64,000 bases of DNA, from positions 10,316,421-10,380,420 of the forward strand of contig NC_081397.1 of assembly GCF_030684315.1 (NCBI RefSeq), written 5' to 3'. Both the position numbers and the translations under genes were made by a program. The stretch is from Stegostoma tigrinum (lineage: Eukaryota). Position 1 is the stretch's first letter. The number at the start of each line of letters is the position of its first letter. The notes under the pieces are model-generated. The model was given only the letters and a program-made list of their open reading frames with translations. It ran no database searches and was not told the DNA's origin. Below are positions 39,010 to 52,156 of this stretch, piece by piece.

Positions 39010-40320
39010 AGTGGGTCTGTGGATATGAGTTTATTTGTTGATCTATTCATGTCTCACACATTGGTGAGCCTTTGTTAAATTACTTATGTATTCACACAGC
39101 AGAGACTGACGGGGACCTGTGAGATTCTGCCCTGTGTTTATTTGAGAAGTTATCAAATTGGACTTGACTGTGATTATTTTTTTCCCCCCCCTTTGTGAAT
39201 ATGAGAATGCCGTTGTAAGTCTTTACCTGATTGTTGGTGATGTGGGAATGTTCGTGTCAGTGTCTGCAAGGTGAGTATACTTATCCATCTGTGCCAGTCG
39301 TTTTCTGCTATCTGAATGTCAGAGAGCAGGCTTCAGACTGTGCTTCTCAGTTTCTGCTATGTCAACACGTGAGCTTGGCTTTTCATCTTTTACTGTCAGT
39401 TCCGAGCTTTGAATGTGTGGGTGCAGTTGTTAGCGTAACCTTGAATGTTTCTGCTTGTAAAAATGCACCATATTCATTCAATCCTAACAGTCATTTTCAG
39501 ACATGTGAATATGAAAATGTAGTTATCCGTCTGTGATTGTCAGTTTCTGTTCTGTAATTATGAGACTGTGCTTTTCAGTGCGTACCAACCAATTTCTGTT
39601 GTATGAATGAGATTGTCATTATCAATCTGAACCTTGTCAGTGTCTCCCCAGTGAATATTCTTGTGTAATTATCAGGATTATACCTCTAGGTTTCTGCTGT
39701 GAATTATTAATTAATTAGTTCTCTTGCTTTCTTGTAACATTTTGCAGGAAGGATTATCCCATCCCTGTCACATATTGCAAAGCAAATGTGTGGCTATGGT
39801 TATCAAATCTGTACATTCAGTTTTTGTCATGTGAATGAGAGGGTGCAGTTATAAATCTCAGTTTCTGCAATGATAATGGAAGTGCAATTATCAGTCTCTG
39901 TCAGTTTCTGCTGTATCCATAGATGGGTTTAGTTATTATCAGTACATGTCAGTTTCCGTCACATAAATGTGTGAGTGTTATCAACCTGCCCCTGACAGTT
40001 ACTGTAATGCAGGTGGGTGACTGTAGTTATTAAGCTGTAGCTCTCTGTTACTGCCATGTGAATGAGTGTAGCTGTGCACCTACACATCAGTTGCTGGTGG
40101 TCAATGCATGAGTGTAGTTGTCACTTCTATACCTGTTTTGTATTTGCTTGTCAATCTGAGTTTAGTAATCGATCAGTTATTGTCAGATTCTGCTGTGAAA
40201 ATCTGATAGTTATCAAACTGTACCTGTCAGTTTAAACAAATATGAAACTGGGAGTTTTATTATTAATCTGTTTCTGTCAGTTTTTGCTGTGTGGATATGA
40301 TAGATTTGTGATCAAAAGTT
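39010..40320 (+). repeat. 49-bp minisatellite array
   Basis: Many GTTATC...TGTCAGTTTCTG units. Confidence 0.85.
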
Positions 40321-41745
40321 CAGGAATAGTGCCAGATGACTGGAGGATAGCAAATGTGGTTTCCCTGTTCAAGAAGGGGAGTAGAGACAACCCTGGTAAT
40401 TATAGACCAGTGAGCCTTACCACAGTTGTTGGTAAAGTGTTGGAAAAGGTTATAAGGGATCGGATTTATATTCTAGAAAAGAATAAAATTGATTAGGGAT
40501 AGTCAGCATGGTTTTGTTAACGGAAGGTCGTGCCTCACAAACCTTAGAGTTCTTTGAGAAGGTGACCAAACAGGTAGATGAGAGTAAACCGGTTGATGTG
40601 GTGTTTATCGATTTCAGCAAGGCATTTGATAAGATTCCCCACAAGACGCTATTGTGCAAAATGCGGAGGAATGGAATTGTGGGAGATATAGCAGTTTAGA
40701 TCGGAAATTGGCCTGCTGAAAGAAGACAGAGGGTGGTAGTTGATGGGAAATGTTCATCCTGGAGAGCAGTTACTAATGGTGTACCGCAAGGGTCGCTGTT
40801 GGGTCCACTGCTGTTTGTCATTTTTATAAATGACCTGGATGAGGGCGTAGAAGGATGGGTTAGTACATTTGCAGACGACACCAAAGGTCGGTGGAGCTGT
40901 GGATAGTGACGAAGGATGCTGTAGGTTGCAGAGAGTCATCGATAAGCTGCAGAGCTGGGCTGAGAGGTGGGAAATAGATTTTAATGCAGACAAGTATGAG
41001 GTGATGCACTTTGGTAGGAGTAACCAGAAGGCAAAGTACAGGGCTAATGGTAAGATTCTTAGTAGTGTAGATGAGCAGAGAGATCTCGGCGTCCATGTAC
41101 ACAGATCCTTGAAAGTTGCCACCCAGGTTGACAGGGGTGTTAAGGTGGCATACAGTGTTTCAGCTTTTATTCATCGAGTTCTGGAACCAAGAGGTTATGG
41201 TGAAGCCATACAAAACTCTGGTGCGGCTGCACTTGGAGCATTGTGTACAGTTCTGGTCACCGCATTATAAGAAGGATGTGGAAGCTTTGGAAATGGTGCA
41301 GAGGAGATTTACTAGGATGTTGCCTGATATGGAGGGAAGGTCTTGAGGAAAGGCTGAGGGACTTACATTACAGAGAAGGTGGTTGAGAGGTGACTTGAAA
41401 CATATAAAATAATCAGAGGGTTAGATAGGGTGGATAGGGAGAACCGTTTTCCTCGGATGGTGACGGTGAGCACAAGGGGGCATAGCTTTAAATTGAGGGG
41501 TGAAAGATATAGGACAGATGTCTGAGGTAATTTCTTGACTCAGTAGTAAGGGAATGGAACACTTTGCCTGCAACGGTAGTAGATTCGCCAACTTTGGGTA
41601 CATTTAAGGCGTCATTGGATAAGTATATGGATGTACATGGAATAGCGTAGGTTAGATGGGCTTGAGATCGGTATGACAGGTCGGCACAACAACATCGAGG
41701 GCCAAAGGGCCTGTACTGTGCTGTAATGTTCTACGTTCTATGTTT
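40321..41745 (+). mobile_element. CR1 LINE, 5'-truncated, same subfamily as 9120-12410
   Basis: Closely matches 10978-12405; IDFSKAFDK; TTCTA(C/T)G tail. Confidence 0.92.
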
Positions 41746-41759
41746 TGTCATTAACTACC

Positions 41760-42240
41760 AGACGAATGTCCGAGTCCATTTACCGGTCAGTCCCTGTCAG
41801 TTTCAGCTGTGTGTCTGAGTGTGCAGTTATAAATCTGTAACTGGTAGTCTCTGTTACATGACTATTTCAGGACATTTATCAATCGTTCCCTATCAGCCAG
41901 TGAGTGTGCTGTGAATGTGCTTAGCAATTTGGATTTGCCAGTCCTGGTATTGAAATATAAATAATTTCTCCTTGTCAGTTTCTGCTCGGTGTGTCAATGA
42001 GTGGAGTTAGAAATCTGTACCTATAATGTTTATACCACATGAATAAGAGTACAGATGTCAATCTTTCTCTGTCTGTTTCTGCTCTGTGAATATCGAAGTA
42101 TATAGTTATCAATCTGTACATGCCAGCTGCTGCTTTGTGAACCTCCGAGTTTAGTTATCAGCCCAAGCCTGTCAGTTTCTGCTTTAAGAACGCAGGAGTG
42201 CAGTTATCAGCCTGTGCCTGTCAGTTATTGCTCCATGCAT
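41760..42240 (+). repeat. 49-bp minisatellite array
   Basis: GTTATCAGCC..GCCTGTCAGTT units. Confidence 0.85.
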
Positions 42241-43351
42241 TTGTTTTGTGCAATGGATTGTGTGATGTAAAAGCAAAAAGGTTTTGTAACTCCAAGAGAG
42301 CAGAGTCTAACTGACAGAAATTGTATCAAGGGCTGTTCTTCAAGGTGACATCAGCTTTTCTGTGTACACAGGAACAGAATTTTGTGAATAATGCTGAGGG
42401 AATAGATTGATGTGGCATTCCTTTCTTTGAGTCTAAAGAAAAGGGCAATGAACAAATCAACTGTATTCAGCTGAATGACCACGAGGTTCCTTCTACAGGG
42501 AAGGGTATCGGCTAATTCACTTAAATTATACTACCATGGATATAACAGAACCCTGCTCTGTTGTGCAATGGCACATGGCATCGGCAATACACTGACAATG
42601 CGCTGTCGTGGGGATGAAGAAAGAAAAAGGAATTGTATTTTCTGTCTTACAGTGGAGAAGATTTAACCTTATTGAATATGGTCAAACTGTGAGAAAGTAA
42701 AATTTGACAATTACAAGATTTAGTTAAATGGATCATTCTTCGTTGCTTTAAATGATGATTACATCACTAACGTGAAGAAACAGCATTCTGTTTTCTTGCG
42801 TGTTTCTGGAATATTTCATTGGGAGGGACAAGTGACACTAGAAAACTGTTTAACTTAGTTGCCAAATTCACTTCAATGCTTCACCCCACACAAAAAGAAG
42901 AAATTTTGCAAGACAGACGGAAAATATGGTTTCTATTCCTGAAGGTGAACACATTGAGAATCACGCTGTGATAAGGTAGATTGGCAAATCGTATACTGCC
43001 ATGGCACACTTATTGAAATGGAATGCTGGCTGAACGGGATCAGAAATGTCAGGTGCTTGTTTTTGTCTACTATCAACCCCATGGGCTGAAAGGTATTTTT
43101 TTCTGTCTGGTAGACTCTCTTGCTTTTCTTAAAACAGAGCTGTAAACATTTTCTATGTATTTGCTTCTGTTCCCTGCAGTGTGTATGACAACAATGTATA
43201 CCCAGTCTTTGTATGTTATGTGTTGATACAATGAGCATATTTGGGACTCAGTCAGCAGCTTTGTCTATGTGTTTGCATGTGCTCAGTAGTGATTTGCTAC
43301 TTGTCAGACGTGGTTGTTCAAACTATGTAACATGATGTCTTCCTTTGAGGG

Positions 43352-45170
43352 GGTAACAAGGTGTAGAGCTGGATGAACACAGCAGGTCAGGCAGCAGAGG
43401 AGCAGGAGAGCTGACATTTTTGGACTGGACCCTTCTGTCAGAAATGGGGGGGGGGGGGGGGGAAGGGAAGAGAAGAGAAAGGGACTCTGCAATAAATAGA
43501 GAGAAGTGAGGAGATGATGACGAAAGGTGGATAAAGGACCAGATAGGTGGAGAAAAGATGGCCAGTCAAGGAGGCAGGGCTGGAGCCAGTAACGGTAAGT
43601 GTAGGGAGGGAGGTCAGATGTGGGTTGAGGGAAGGCTGACAGGTCAAGGAGGCAGGGCTAAGGTTAGTAGGCCAAAGTGCCGGTGGGGGTTGATCAGTGA
43701 GGTGGGAGAACCAGATTGGTTGGAGAAAAGATGGACAGGTCAAGGAGGCAGGGATGGGTTTGGGGTGGACAGATTTTGACGCCCTTGTTGAGAACATTGT
43801 GCTGCAGGGCTCCCAAGTGAAATACGAGCTGCTGCTCGTGCACCCTACCGGTGGCAATGTTGTGGCACTGGAGGCGGCCTGGGATGGACATGTCGTCCAA
43901 CGAGTGGGAGGGGGTGTTGAAGTGGTTCATGACTGGGGAGGTGCAGTCGTTTGTCACGATGTGAGCGTAGGTGTTCAAAGTGGTTTCCAAGCCTCCGCTT
44001 GGTTTCCCCAATGTAGAGTGGGCCACATCGGGAACAGTGGACACAACACAATGTATTACTGGACATACAGATGAACATCTGTTTAACATGGAAGGTTTTC
44101 TTGGGACCTGGGATGGAGATAAGGGGAGAGAGATATTGGGGCAGGTGTAGCACTTCCTGTGGTTCCAGTGAAATGTGCCAGGGGCGGTGGGGCTATGGGG
44201 AGTGTGGAGTGGACGAGGGAGTCAGAGAGAGCGGTCCCTCTGGAAGGTTGATAGGGTTGGGGAGGGAAAAGTGTCCTTGGGAGTGGGGTGAGATTGAAGG
44301 TGGCAGAAGTGGCGGAGGAAGATGCGTTGAATCCTGAGTTTGTTGGAGTGATCCGTGATGACAAAGGAGATTCTGTCTTTTTTGTTATTGTGAAGAGGTT
44401 GTCTAAGGGGCAAGTTGCAGAAATGAGAGCGATGAGGTCAAGGGCATATTCAGCCACTGTGGAGTGGAAATGGCAGTCCTTGAAAAACAAGGACGTCTGC
44501 AATGACCGGGATTGGAATGCCTCATCTCGGGAGCAGATGAAACAGAGGAAGGAATTGGGAATAGGGGATGGCATTCTTGCAGGAAGGTAGGGGAGGGGAG
44601 GTGTATTCTAGGTAGCTGTGACAGTCGGTTGGCTTGAATTAGTTACCAGTTTCCAGAAATGCAAACAAACAGAGTTGTCCAGGAAGGAGAGAGATGTACT
44701 TAAGATGGTCCAGGTGAAGTTAAACTTGGGGTGGAAGCTGTTAGTAAAGTGGATGAACTGTGAGTTCCTTGAGGGAGTACGAGGTGGCACCGATACAGTC
44801 ATCGAAATAACAGAGGAAGAGGTGGGGGTGGGGACAGTGTAGCTGCAGAAGAGGGGCTGGTCCATGTATCCTACAAGAAGCAGGAATAGCTTGGGCCCAT
44901 GCGGGTACCCGTGGCCACCCAATTTGACTGCAGAAAGTGGGAGCGTGAGAGACAGTGTGCATCAACGGGGCAGTCGGGTATGTGGATTTTGGGGATAAGG
45001 CAGAAACAGTTAACATGGCGTTGGGGAAAGATGAGGTCAGAGGCTGTTGGCAGGACAGCACCTGAGGTGCTGAGGTTGTGGATGGTCTGGGAGTTGATAT
45101 TGTTTTGGCGATTGGGGCAGGGTCATGATCAAAGGGGGTGGTAGGAGGAGTCTCTCTATCCGGTTTGAGA
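43352..45170 (-). mobile_element. Older Penelope-like element (RT, GIY-YIG and pLTR), decayed
   Basis: HCSRCGPLYIGETKRRLG, FIHFTNSFHPKFNFTW and FLCYFDDCIG. Confidence 0.85.
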
Positions 45171-47131
45171 TATTATAAAATACCTTTCCTAAATGCAAAC
45201 TTGATTCAGTTCCTGTTTTCAGTACTTTCAACAAGGAGTTAGCTGTTAACATTTCAAACATGATGTGAATGTTAATGGGTGACAAATGATATTAATTGGA
45301 ACGAGCATGATGTCAATTGACAATGAAAACAAAAAAAATAAACTTGCCTTTCCTCAGTTGTGCTTGGTTAGTTGTTTCCTTGGACAAGTTTCTGGAAATT
45401 GAGCTCAAAACAAGTCTGATCCAATCCACTCTGACTCTGGAAAAGATATTCTCCATTCTGATCGCAGGAACATGCCTGGTGTTAGTTAGAAGCAACTGCT
45501 CACACTTGGCTTTGTAACAAGGAAATATTGTTTCTTCGAGTACTTTCCTGGAGGAAGACAGAAGAGTTATCTCCTGTAAATCAACATCAGCCAAATTTGA
45601 CAATATCAATCAGATTAACATATATTCAGTGAACAGTTTTTAGGGTGTTTCGTTTCTTGAACTTCACCTCCCAAAGCAACAGAACTCCAAAATAAACCTG
45701 TTGGACCACAGCATAGAATTCTCTTGACACAGTCTTTTCTTTAAAGGGCATCAATTCAAACACAAGTCTGATTCCATTCTTACATCGAGCTGCTCCTTGT
45801 CTGAGGAATTGTTTTTCAAATATGTAATTCGATACCAACGGAGTGAGATTCAGAAACTGAGCAATAATTGCAAAGCTCCATCTGAGGTGCGACCTGAAGA
45901 TGCTACACTGTTGACACAGCTCATGTTACCAGATCCCAACACACTGTTGAAAAGAACAGCAGCCGCTGTTTCAAATGTGTTTTTTCCCCCCCGAGACGTA
46001 TAATCTGTTAACTCCAATCTACGTCCTTTATCGGAAGCCCCACAACTGGCAACTAACAGCGTGAAACAGCAGCCAAACAATGAATTTCCATCAGTGTTTA
46101 GAAGACTAAAAGCTACAAGACTGATCCCCAGCAGCAGCTTCTTGCCGCTGTGTCTCCCTCCGCAGGCCCACACACAGCCCGAGAAAGGCCTCTCTCTCCC
46201 CGCCCCCAGGCCGCTCACTCCAAGTTCCGGGACCAGTTCCTGCTCCCCTCCGCCTCTGACCAACAGCCCCCGGTTCTCCCTGAACTGAGCGCGAATCAGT
46301 GCCGGTCTCGGAGCCCCTTCTGTGTCCCAGACTCACATCTCGATGCGCTGCTGGAAGGAGCCTGCTGTTCCCTCGCTTCCCTGGGCGCTGGTCTCTCCAT
46401 TGCGGCCTGTTTCAAACAAACCTCTTCCATTCACTGAGTCAACACTCCTCAATGCCATCACTGGGGGAGGGTCTCACGCATGCGCTCCTTTCATCGGCTG
46501 CCGGCGTCTTGGTGGTTTGGGAGTAAGGAACACCCCTGCGCTGCTAACACACCAATTTGCTTGAAACCGACCTTGCCCACAGCGCGGACAGGACACGGGA
46601 TCATTGCCTGATCTGTCTGCAACAGGCAGGAGGGAAGCGCGGATATTGATACAGCCCAGGCAAACTGATCAACCAGCCGTGTAACCGTGGGTAATCAATC
46701 TTATCAAACACGCCGAATTAAACATCTTCAAAGAGATTAATTGCAAAATCCCTTTTTTTCGGGACATGTTTATTTCTCCCAGATTGTAAGCATTCCGAAC
46801 ACAATTTGTAATTACTGCCTGAAATGTCTTTCGCAGGTAAATGGGAGGAATACACCGTTAAAACATCGCCAGAGGTCCTATCATCAAAATTAAACAAATT
46901 AACATTCCTGGAAGGGTTAATGAGATGCATGTACTGCATTATGTAAGATTTGTGTCTGGGCAGAATTACAAGTCGCGGTATGAAATAGCCAGATGCAGTT
47001 CCAGTGACTCTCCCCATGTGATACCATCCCCATTCTCAGTTTCTGCTCTCGGAAATGTGATATTTAAGTTACTCGAATCAATTCAAGTTTATGCTGTGTC
47101 TGCACTCGGATCCGGGACAGGGATCATTTGA

Positions 47132-47314
47132 GAGATAGACGGAATTGCAGATGCTGGACAATCTGAAATAACAAGGTGTAGAGTCGGATGGACAGAGCAA
47201 GCCAAGCAGCACCAGAGAAGCAGGAAGAAGGATCTGGGCCTGAAACGTCAGCTTTCCTGCTCCTCTGATGCTGCTTGGCCTGTTATGGTCATCCAGCTCT
47301 GCACCATGTTATTT
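47132..47314. mobile_element. Fold-back pLTR mini-element just downstream of the H1-2 HDE, with 14-bp TSD
   Basis: CAGGGATCATT(T/C)GA at 47118-47131 and 47315-47328; empty site in the H1-1 flank at about 28181-28195. Confidence 0.85.
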
Positions 47315-47336
47315 CAGGGATCATTCGATCCAGGCT

Positions 47337-47376
47337 CAGCTCTCTCCTGAAAGATGTGGCGGCTCTGAGAAGAGCC
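47337..47376 (-). terminator. Histone 3' stem-loop and HDE of H1 paralog 2
   Basis: Minus strand GGCTCT-TCTC-AGAGCC (47361-47376), followed by GCCAC rather than ACCAC, then GGAGAGAGCTG. Confidence 0.93.
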
Positions 47377-47412
47377 TTTGGGTTCAGTTTGTTACATGTT
47401 ACACCGAATGCT

Positions 47413-48051
47413 TCATTTCTTTGCTGCTTTCTTGGTCACTTTCGCTTTGGGCTTGGCCTTCGGTTTCCTCGATTTCGGGGCCGGCTTTGCGGCCTTGGGG
47501 CTCTTGGTCTTTATCACCTTCTTCACGGGAGTCTTTTTCTTCGGCGCTGCTTTCTTCGCCGGTTTCTTCGGCGTTGCTGCCTTCTTGCCGCCCGCTTTCT
47601 TGCCGGTTGCTTTCTTGGCTGGGGACTTCTTCGCTGCCACCTTCTTGGCCGTTGTTTTCTTCACGGCTGCTTTCTTGGCGGCTGCTGCTGGTCTCGCCTT
47701 CTTTCCCACTTTTGCCTTGACTGGATTCTTTGCGAGTTTGAAGGAGCCGGAGACGCCCTGGCCCTTCACCAGAACCAGGGAGCCTTTCGCCAGGCACCTC
47801 TTGGTCGCCATCCTGATTTGTGCATTTTGCTTCTCCACATTGACCCCGCTTCTCTGCAGCGCCTTCTTTATAGCGACCAGAGACGTCCCCTTCCGATCGC
47901 TGTTCTCCCCGACAATCTTCACAATCCGCTCGCCCAACCCGGGACCGGCTGGTTTCTTCCTGGGAGCCGCCGCCTTCTTCTTCTTTGGAGACTTGGGTTT
48001 GGTGCTGGCGGAGGCTGGAGGAGCGGTTTCGGCGGCTGCACTGTCGCTCAT
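47413..48051 (-). CDS. H1: Linker histone H1, paralog 2, 212 aa
   Basis: Near-identical to the 27473 H1, with a 5-aa tail insertion (KKSPA) and a few substitutions. Stem-loop downstream. Confidence 0.96.
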   Translation of the reverse strand: MSDSAAAETAPPASASTKPKSPKKKKAAAPRKKPAGPGLGERIVKIVGENSDRKGTSLVAIKKALQRSGVNVEKQNAQIRMATKRCLAKGSLVLVKGQGVSGSFKLAKNPVKAKVGKKARPAAAAKKAAVKKTTAKKVAAKKSPAKKATGKKAGGKKAATPKKPAKKAAPKKKTPVKKVIKTKSPKAAKPAPKSRKPKAKPKAKVTKKAAKK

Positions 48052-49689
48052 GTCGGGAACTCTGCGCTGAATCTCTCTCTGTCAAACTGAACTGGGTCAG
48101 CAATGAAGCTGCTGGTGGCGGCACTGAGCAACTTAAAGGCAGCGAGCGGACGGCGCGGAGACAACCTGCCCTCAGCTCCCTGCTCCTGCTGCCTGCCTGT
48201 CTCTCGGCACAAACTCTCCAATTCCTCTGCCATTCCGCATCTCCAGAGAGCCAGGCTCGATCGTTCCTGACCCTGACACAGGAAGGTTTGCGGCTGAAAG
48301 GTTTTCACTCGAATTGACGGCTCCGTTGTCGATTTTACCGCATTTTGCTGCTGCACTGATCGCGCTGTCTGAGCTGAGCGCTGGCATTATCATCATTTTT
48401 AGACTGAAATCTTGAAATCAACAAATATATTGCCTTGAATTCTATCTTTAGGGTTTAGTGGAGGAGCAGGGGGATGATTTGAAATGAAAATCTTTTTGAT
48501 TTGCACAAGAGAGACGTGGAAATATCATGATATGAGCGGACACACAAGCACATTTCCGTGTGACTATCCCGCCCGCCCTTTTCCTACAGTCTCTCTGACT
48601 CAATATTCACATCCATACAGTCACAGGGCAGAAATATCTCTAAATGTACCTGTGGGAGGATGTACTTTCTCCCCCTTTCAGCCTGTGCTCCGGTACCCAG
48701 GGAATTAGTTGTAGTTTTTCTCCTCAGTAATTGTGAAACTCTCCGAGGTCTGTGCGCCGGAGATTCGTTCTGCTGCATATTCAGCTGCAAGAGCCAATCA
48801 TCTGGTTTGAAGTTACATTGATCACCGAGATCAGTTTTTTTTTCAATTGCAGTGACAATACTCAACATCGTTTCTGGGAATCACACTCATATAAACGTAA
48901 AGAATAGCAACTGGGCAAATAACACCCATCAGCCCTTCAAACCTCTCCTCCCACTCACCATGAAAATGGCAGATCATCCAACTCAATGGCTTGTCTCTGT
49001 TTTTTTTTCTCCCACAGAGTCATACAGTGAGGATACAGACCGTTCAGTCCAATCAGTAGAGGCCGAGTATAATACCAAATTGAATTCGTTCCATCTACCT
49101 GTCCCTGACCTATTTCTTTTCAAAACTGTCGTGTTTATGCACTTCTCCAAATGTCGTTTTAATGTCATTATAGCCACGTCGACCATTTCGACAGGTAGTT
49201 TATTCCACATCCTTCCGTGTTCTATGTTTAAAAAACGCCCCTCGTGTCTTTTTTTTTCAATCTCTCGCCTGTAACATTAAAATGTCCGCCCTGGTTTTCT
49301 ATTCCCTCCATCCCAAACAAAGTTCAACGACCATTAACTCTGTCTCACCCCATCAGTATTTTACAAACTGTGAGAAGGTGACTTCTCAACATCCTACTCT
49401 GCAGTGAAAAAAAGCCCCAGCCTATCCATGAAAACACGGTGTGGAACTGAATGAACCCAACAGGTCAAGCAGCATCTTAGGGACAGGAAACGTTATGGAT
49501 CTTGACCCCTATCCATCCTTTCTATATGACTCGAGCCTTACATACTCTGCAAATACTAGTGAATCTCTTCTCAAATTTCAAAAACGGTGTTAAATAGCCC
49601 TCTAAAATGACAGTTTTGTAGACTGTAAAAAGACCACCATCCATACTCACGAATATATCCATTTGAAAGGGCTTGGGCAGTTGATGTGG

Positions 49690-49930
49690 AGGAACACCAC
49701 CTTGATACTAGCCACGTTCCCCTCCAATCACCCACAATCCTAACTTGGAAATACGTCCCCTTGCCTTCACTGTCTCTGAATCAAGACCCTGGATCTACCT
49801 GCGAACTGCAATGTGGGCAGCACATGGACCAGAACTATCTTAGAAGGTGGCTCAGCACCAACTTCTCAATGGGGGAAACTAGGGACGCGCAATAAATGCT
49901 GGACCAAGCCAGAGACGTCCTCTTCCCAGG
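49690..49930 (+). mobile_element. CR1/L2-group LINE 3' fragment (related fragment at about 54090-54405)
   Basis: GGAACACCAC...TTCCCCTCCAA...ATCCTAACTTGGAAATA...CAATAAATGCTGG resembles a common shark LINE 3' region (recognised from memory, not searched). Confidence 0.55.
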
Positions 49931-50847
49931 AATGCGCAAACCAGAAAAAACAGGTGGGTCATTCGTTGCGGTAACCCATTCATCACAAGGTTTCTGCCTG
50001 CAGCATACTGAGAATAAAATCAGTCATCAATTCCAAACTGGTATTTGCATCGGGCCCAGGGATATTATTACACTCCTCTGGTCCGGGTGTGGCTTTAGGA
50101 CGGCCCACCTGACCCAGAAATAGGGAAACTACCTCTGCGCTGCAAGACTCCCCACAGCAGTTACATTCTGCCTTCGTCATAATGTCGCATTTATTCCATC
50201 GCTCTGTGAGTCAATATGGGACGAAGGCCAGCAGAATTAAATATCACAGTTAACATGAGATCAGACGTGATTTTATTGAATAGTAGAGAATATTAAATGG
50301 GCCGAACGGCTGCCAGCTTCTCCGCTTCCCCACCAGATTGTGAGCAAGCCGGGGGGAGGCAGATATTAACATGACCCGGGAAAGAGCTCCATTGGAGCTT
50401 CACAAAGGGCCAATGCCCCAGTTTGAAACACTTTATGCCATTTCCCCCACAGCCTCCATTCGCTTTGCTTAAACTGGGAGGAAAGGGAATTGGGGAAGTA
50501 ACCAATTGATGTTTGTTTCTGGGACACAGCGGGGAAAGCAGCGCATGCGTGATCCTTGCTATGCCCACCCCGAAAAAGCTGCTTGTTGCTGACCAGAGGA
50601 GCGCATGCGTGAAGCTTTCCGCTGAGCCGCTATTGAGGGGCATTGAGTCAGTGAGTGGAAGAGGTTTGTTTGAAACAGGCCGCAATGGAGAGACCAGCGC
50701 CCAGGGAAGCGAGGGAACAGCAGGCTCCTTCCAGCAGCGCATCGAGATGTGAGTCTGGGACACAGAGTGGGCTCCGAGACCGGCATTGATTCGGGTTCAG
50801 TTCAGGGAGACCCGGGGACTGTTGGTAAGAGGCCGAGCGGAGCAGGA

Positions 50848-50938
50848 TAATAAAATGTGAGGCTGGATGAGCACAGCAGGCCAAGCAGCATCTCAGGAGC
50901 ACAAAAGCTGACGTTTCGGGCCGAGACCCTTTATCAGA
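50848..50938 (-). mobile_element. 91-bp solo pLTR insert with 13-bp TSD
   Basis: GAGCGGAGCAGGA at 50835-50847 and 50939-50951; empty site in the paralog at about 22321-22353. Confidence 0.92.
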
Positions 50939-51960
50939 GAGCGGAGCAGGAACTGGTCCCGGAACTTGGAGTGAGCGGCCTGGGGGCGGGGAGAGAGAGG
51001 CCTTTCTCGGGCTGTGTGTGGGCCTGCTGAGGGAGACGCAGCGGCAAGAAGCTGCTGCTGGGGGTCAGGCTTGTAGCTTTTAGTCTTCTAAACACTGATG
51101 GAAATTCATTGTTTGGCTGCTGTTTCACGCTGTTAGTTGCGAGTTTGCATTGAACCGTGAATAAAACAAAGCAGTGTGTGCAAACGGGCTCATCCCGCGA
51201 AGGAGAAACATAGCAGTCACCGGATTAAGAGTTTCCAGCAAAATATTTGAAATCGTGCCTGTTGTGCTTCCCTTCAATAGTTCGTGTATTGGGAGCTGGA
51301 TATTGAACCGTGTAAGCATTCCATTCGTGGATCTGGTTAGCTTTTGTATCTTAGTAAATTGTTTTTGAATTTCGCTAAAAGAAAGAGGAGGAACCCGGGT
51401 TAGTTGTGTAACCGGACCCTTTTCTGTTCGACTCGTTGGCTTTAAAACAAGGAATTATCATGAGTATTCACGAAATTTTCTATTGATGAGCTTTGATATT
51501 TTGAAACTCGGTAGATGTCGATTTACGGGAGAATTCTCTTTTGTCTTTCTCCAGGCAATTATCTGATGTGTCAAGACAATGTCACGTTTCCGTGGTGCAA
51601 CACCAAGTGTGACTAGCTGCTCCTACTAACAGCAGGTATGTTCCCACTGTCAGAGCGGAGACTGTGCTTTCCACAGTCGCGGTTTAAGTAAGACTCGCAT
51701 TGAACGCAATTTCCAGAAAGAAACAATTAAACCAGCGAACAAATGCCACCAACAAAATACAAAATGTAACCTTTTTTTTCCTCTTCTCAATATAAACTAA
51801 CCCAGTTCCAGTAAAGTTTATCTTTGACAGCCCATTGTCATTCACAGCATTTGAAGAGAATAGATTGAATTTATGTCACAAATATACTCTCAATAACTAC
51901 ATTGAATTCACATTAAGCGAGGGTATTTTGATAGTTATAATCCAGGTATACAACCTGATC

Positions 51961-52156
51961 ACAAGGTTTAGAGCTGGATGAACACAACAGGCCAAGCAGC
52001 ATCATAGGAGCAGGAAAGCTGATGTTTCTGATGAAAAGTTTAGGCCCAAAATGTCAGCTTTCCTGCCCCTGAGATGCTGCTTGGCCTGCTGTCTTCATCC
52101 AGCTCCACACCTTGTTATCTCGGATTCTCCAGCATCTGCAGTTCCATTTAAGTCTG
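51961..52156. mobile_element. Fold-back pLTR mini-element with imperfect 13-bp TSD
   Basis: Inverted arms GAGCTGGATGAA...CAGGCCAAGCAGCATC; ATACAACCTGATC 51948-51960 versus ATACAAACAGATC 52157-52169. Confidence 0.8.

Noticed and set aside
43446-43462. Poly-G run and G-rich tracts (also 4580-4590 and 7700-8040) as G-quadruplex elements
   Set aside because: They are part of the Penelope pLTR purine-rich region; nothing is specific to this locus.
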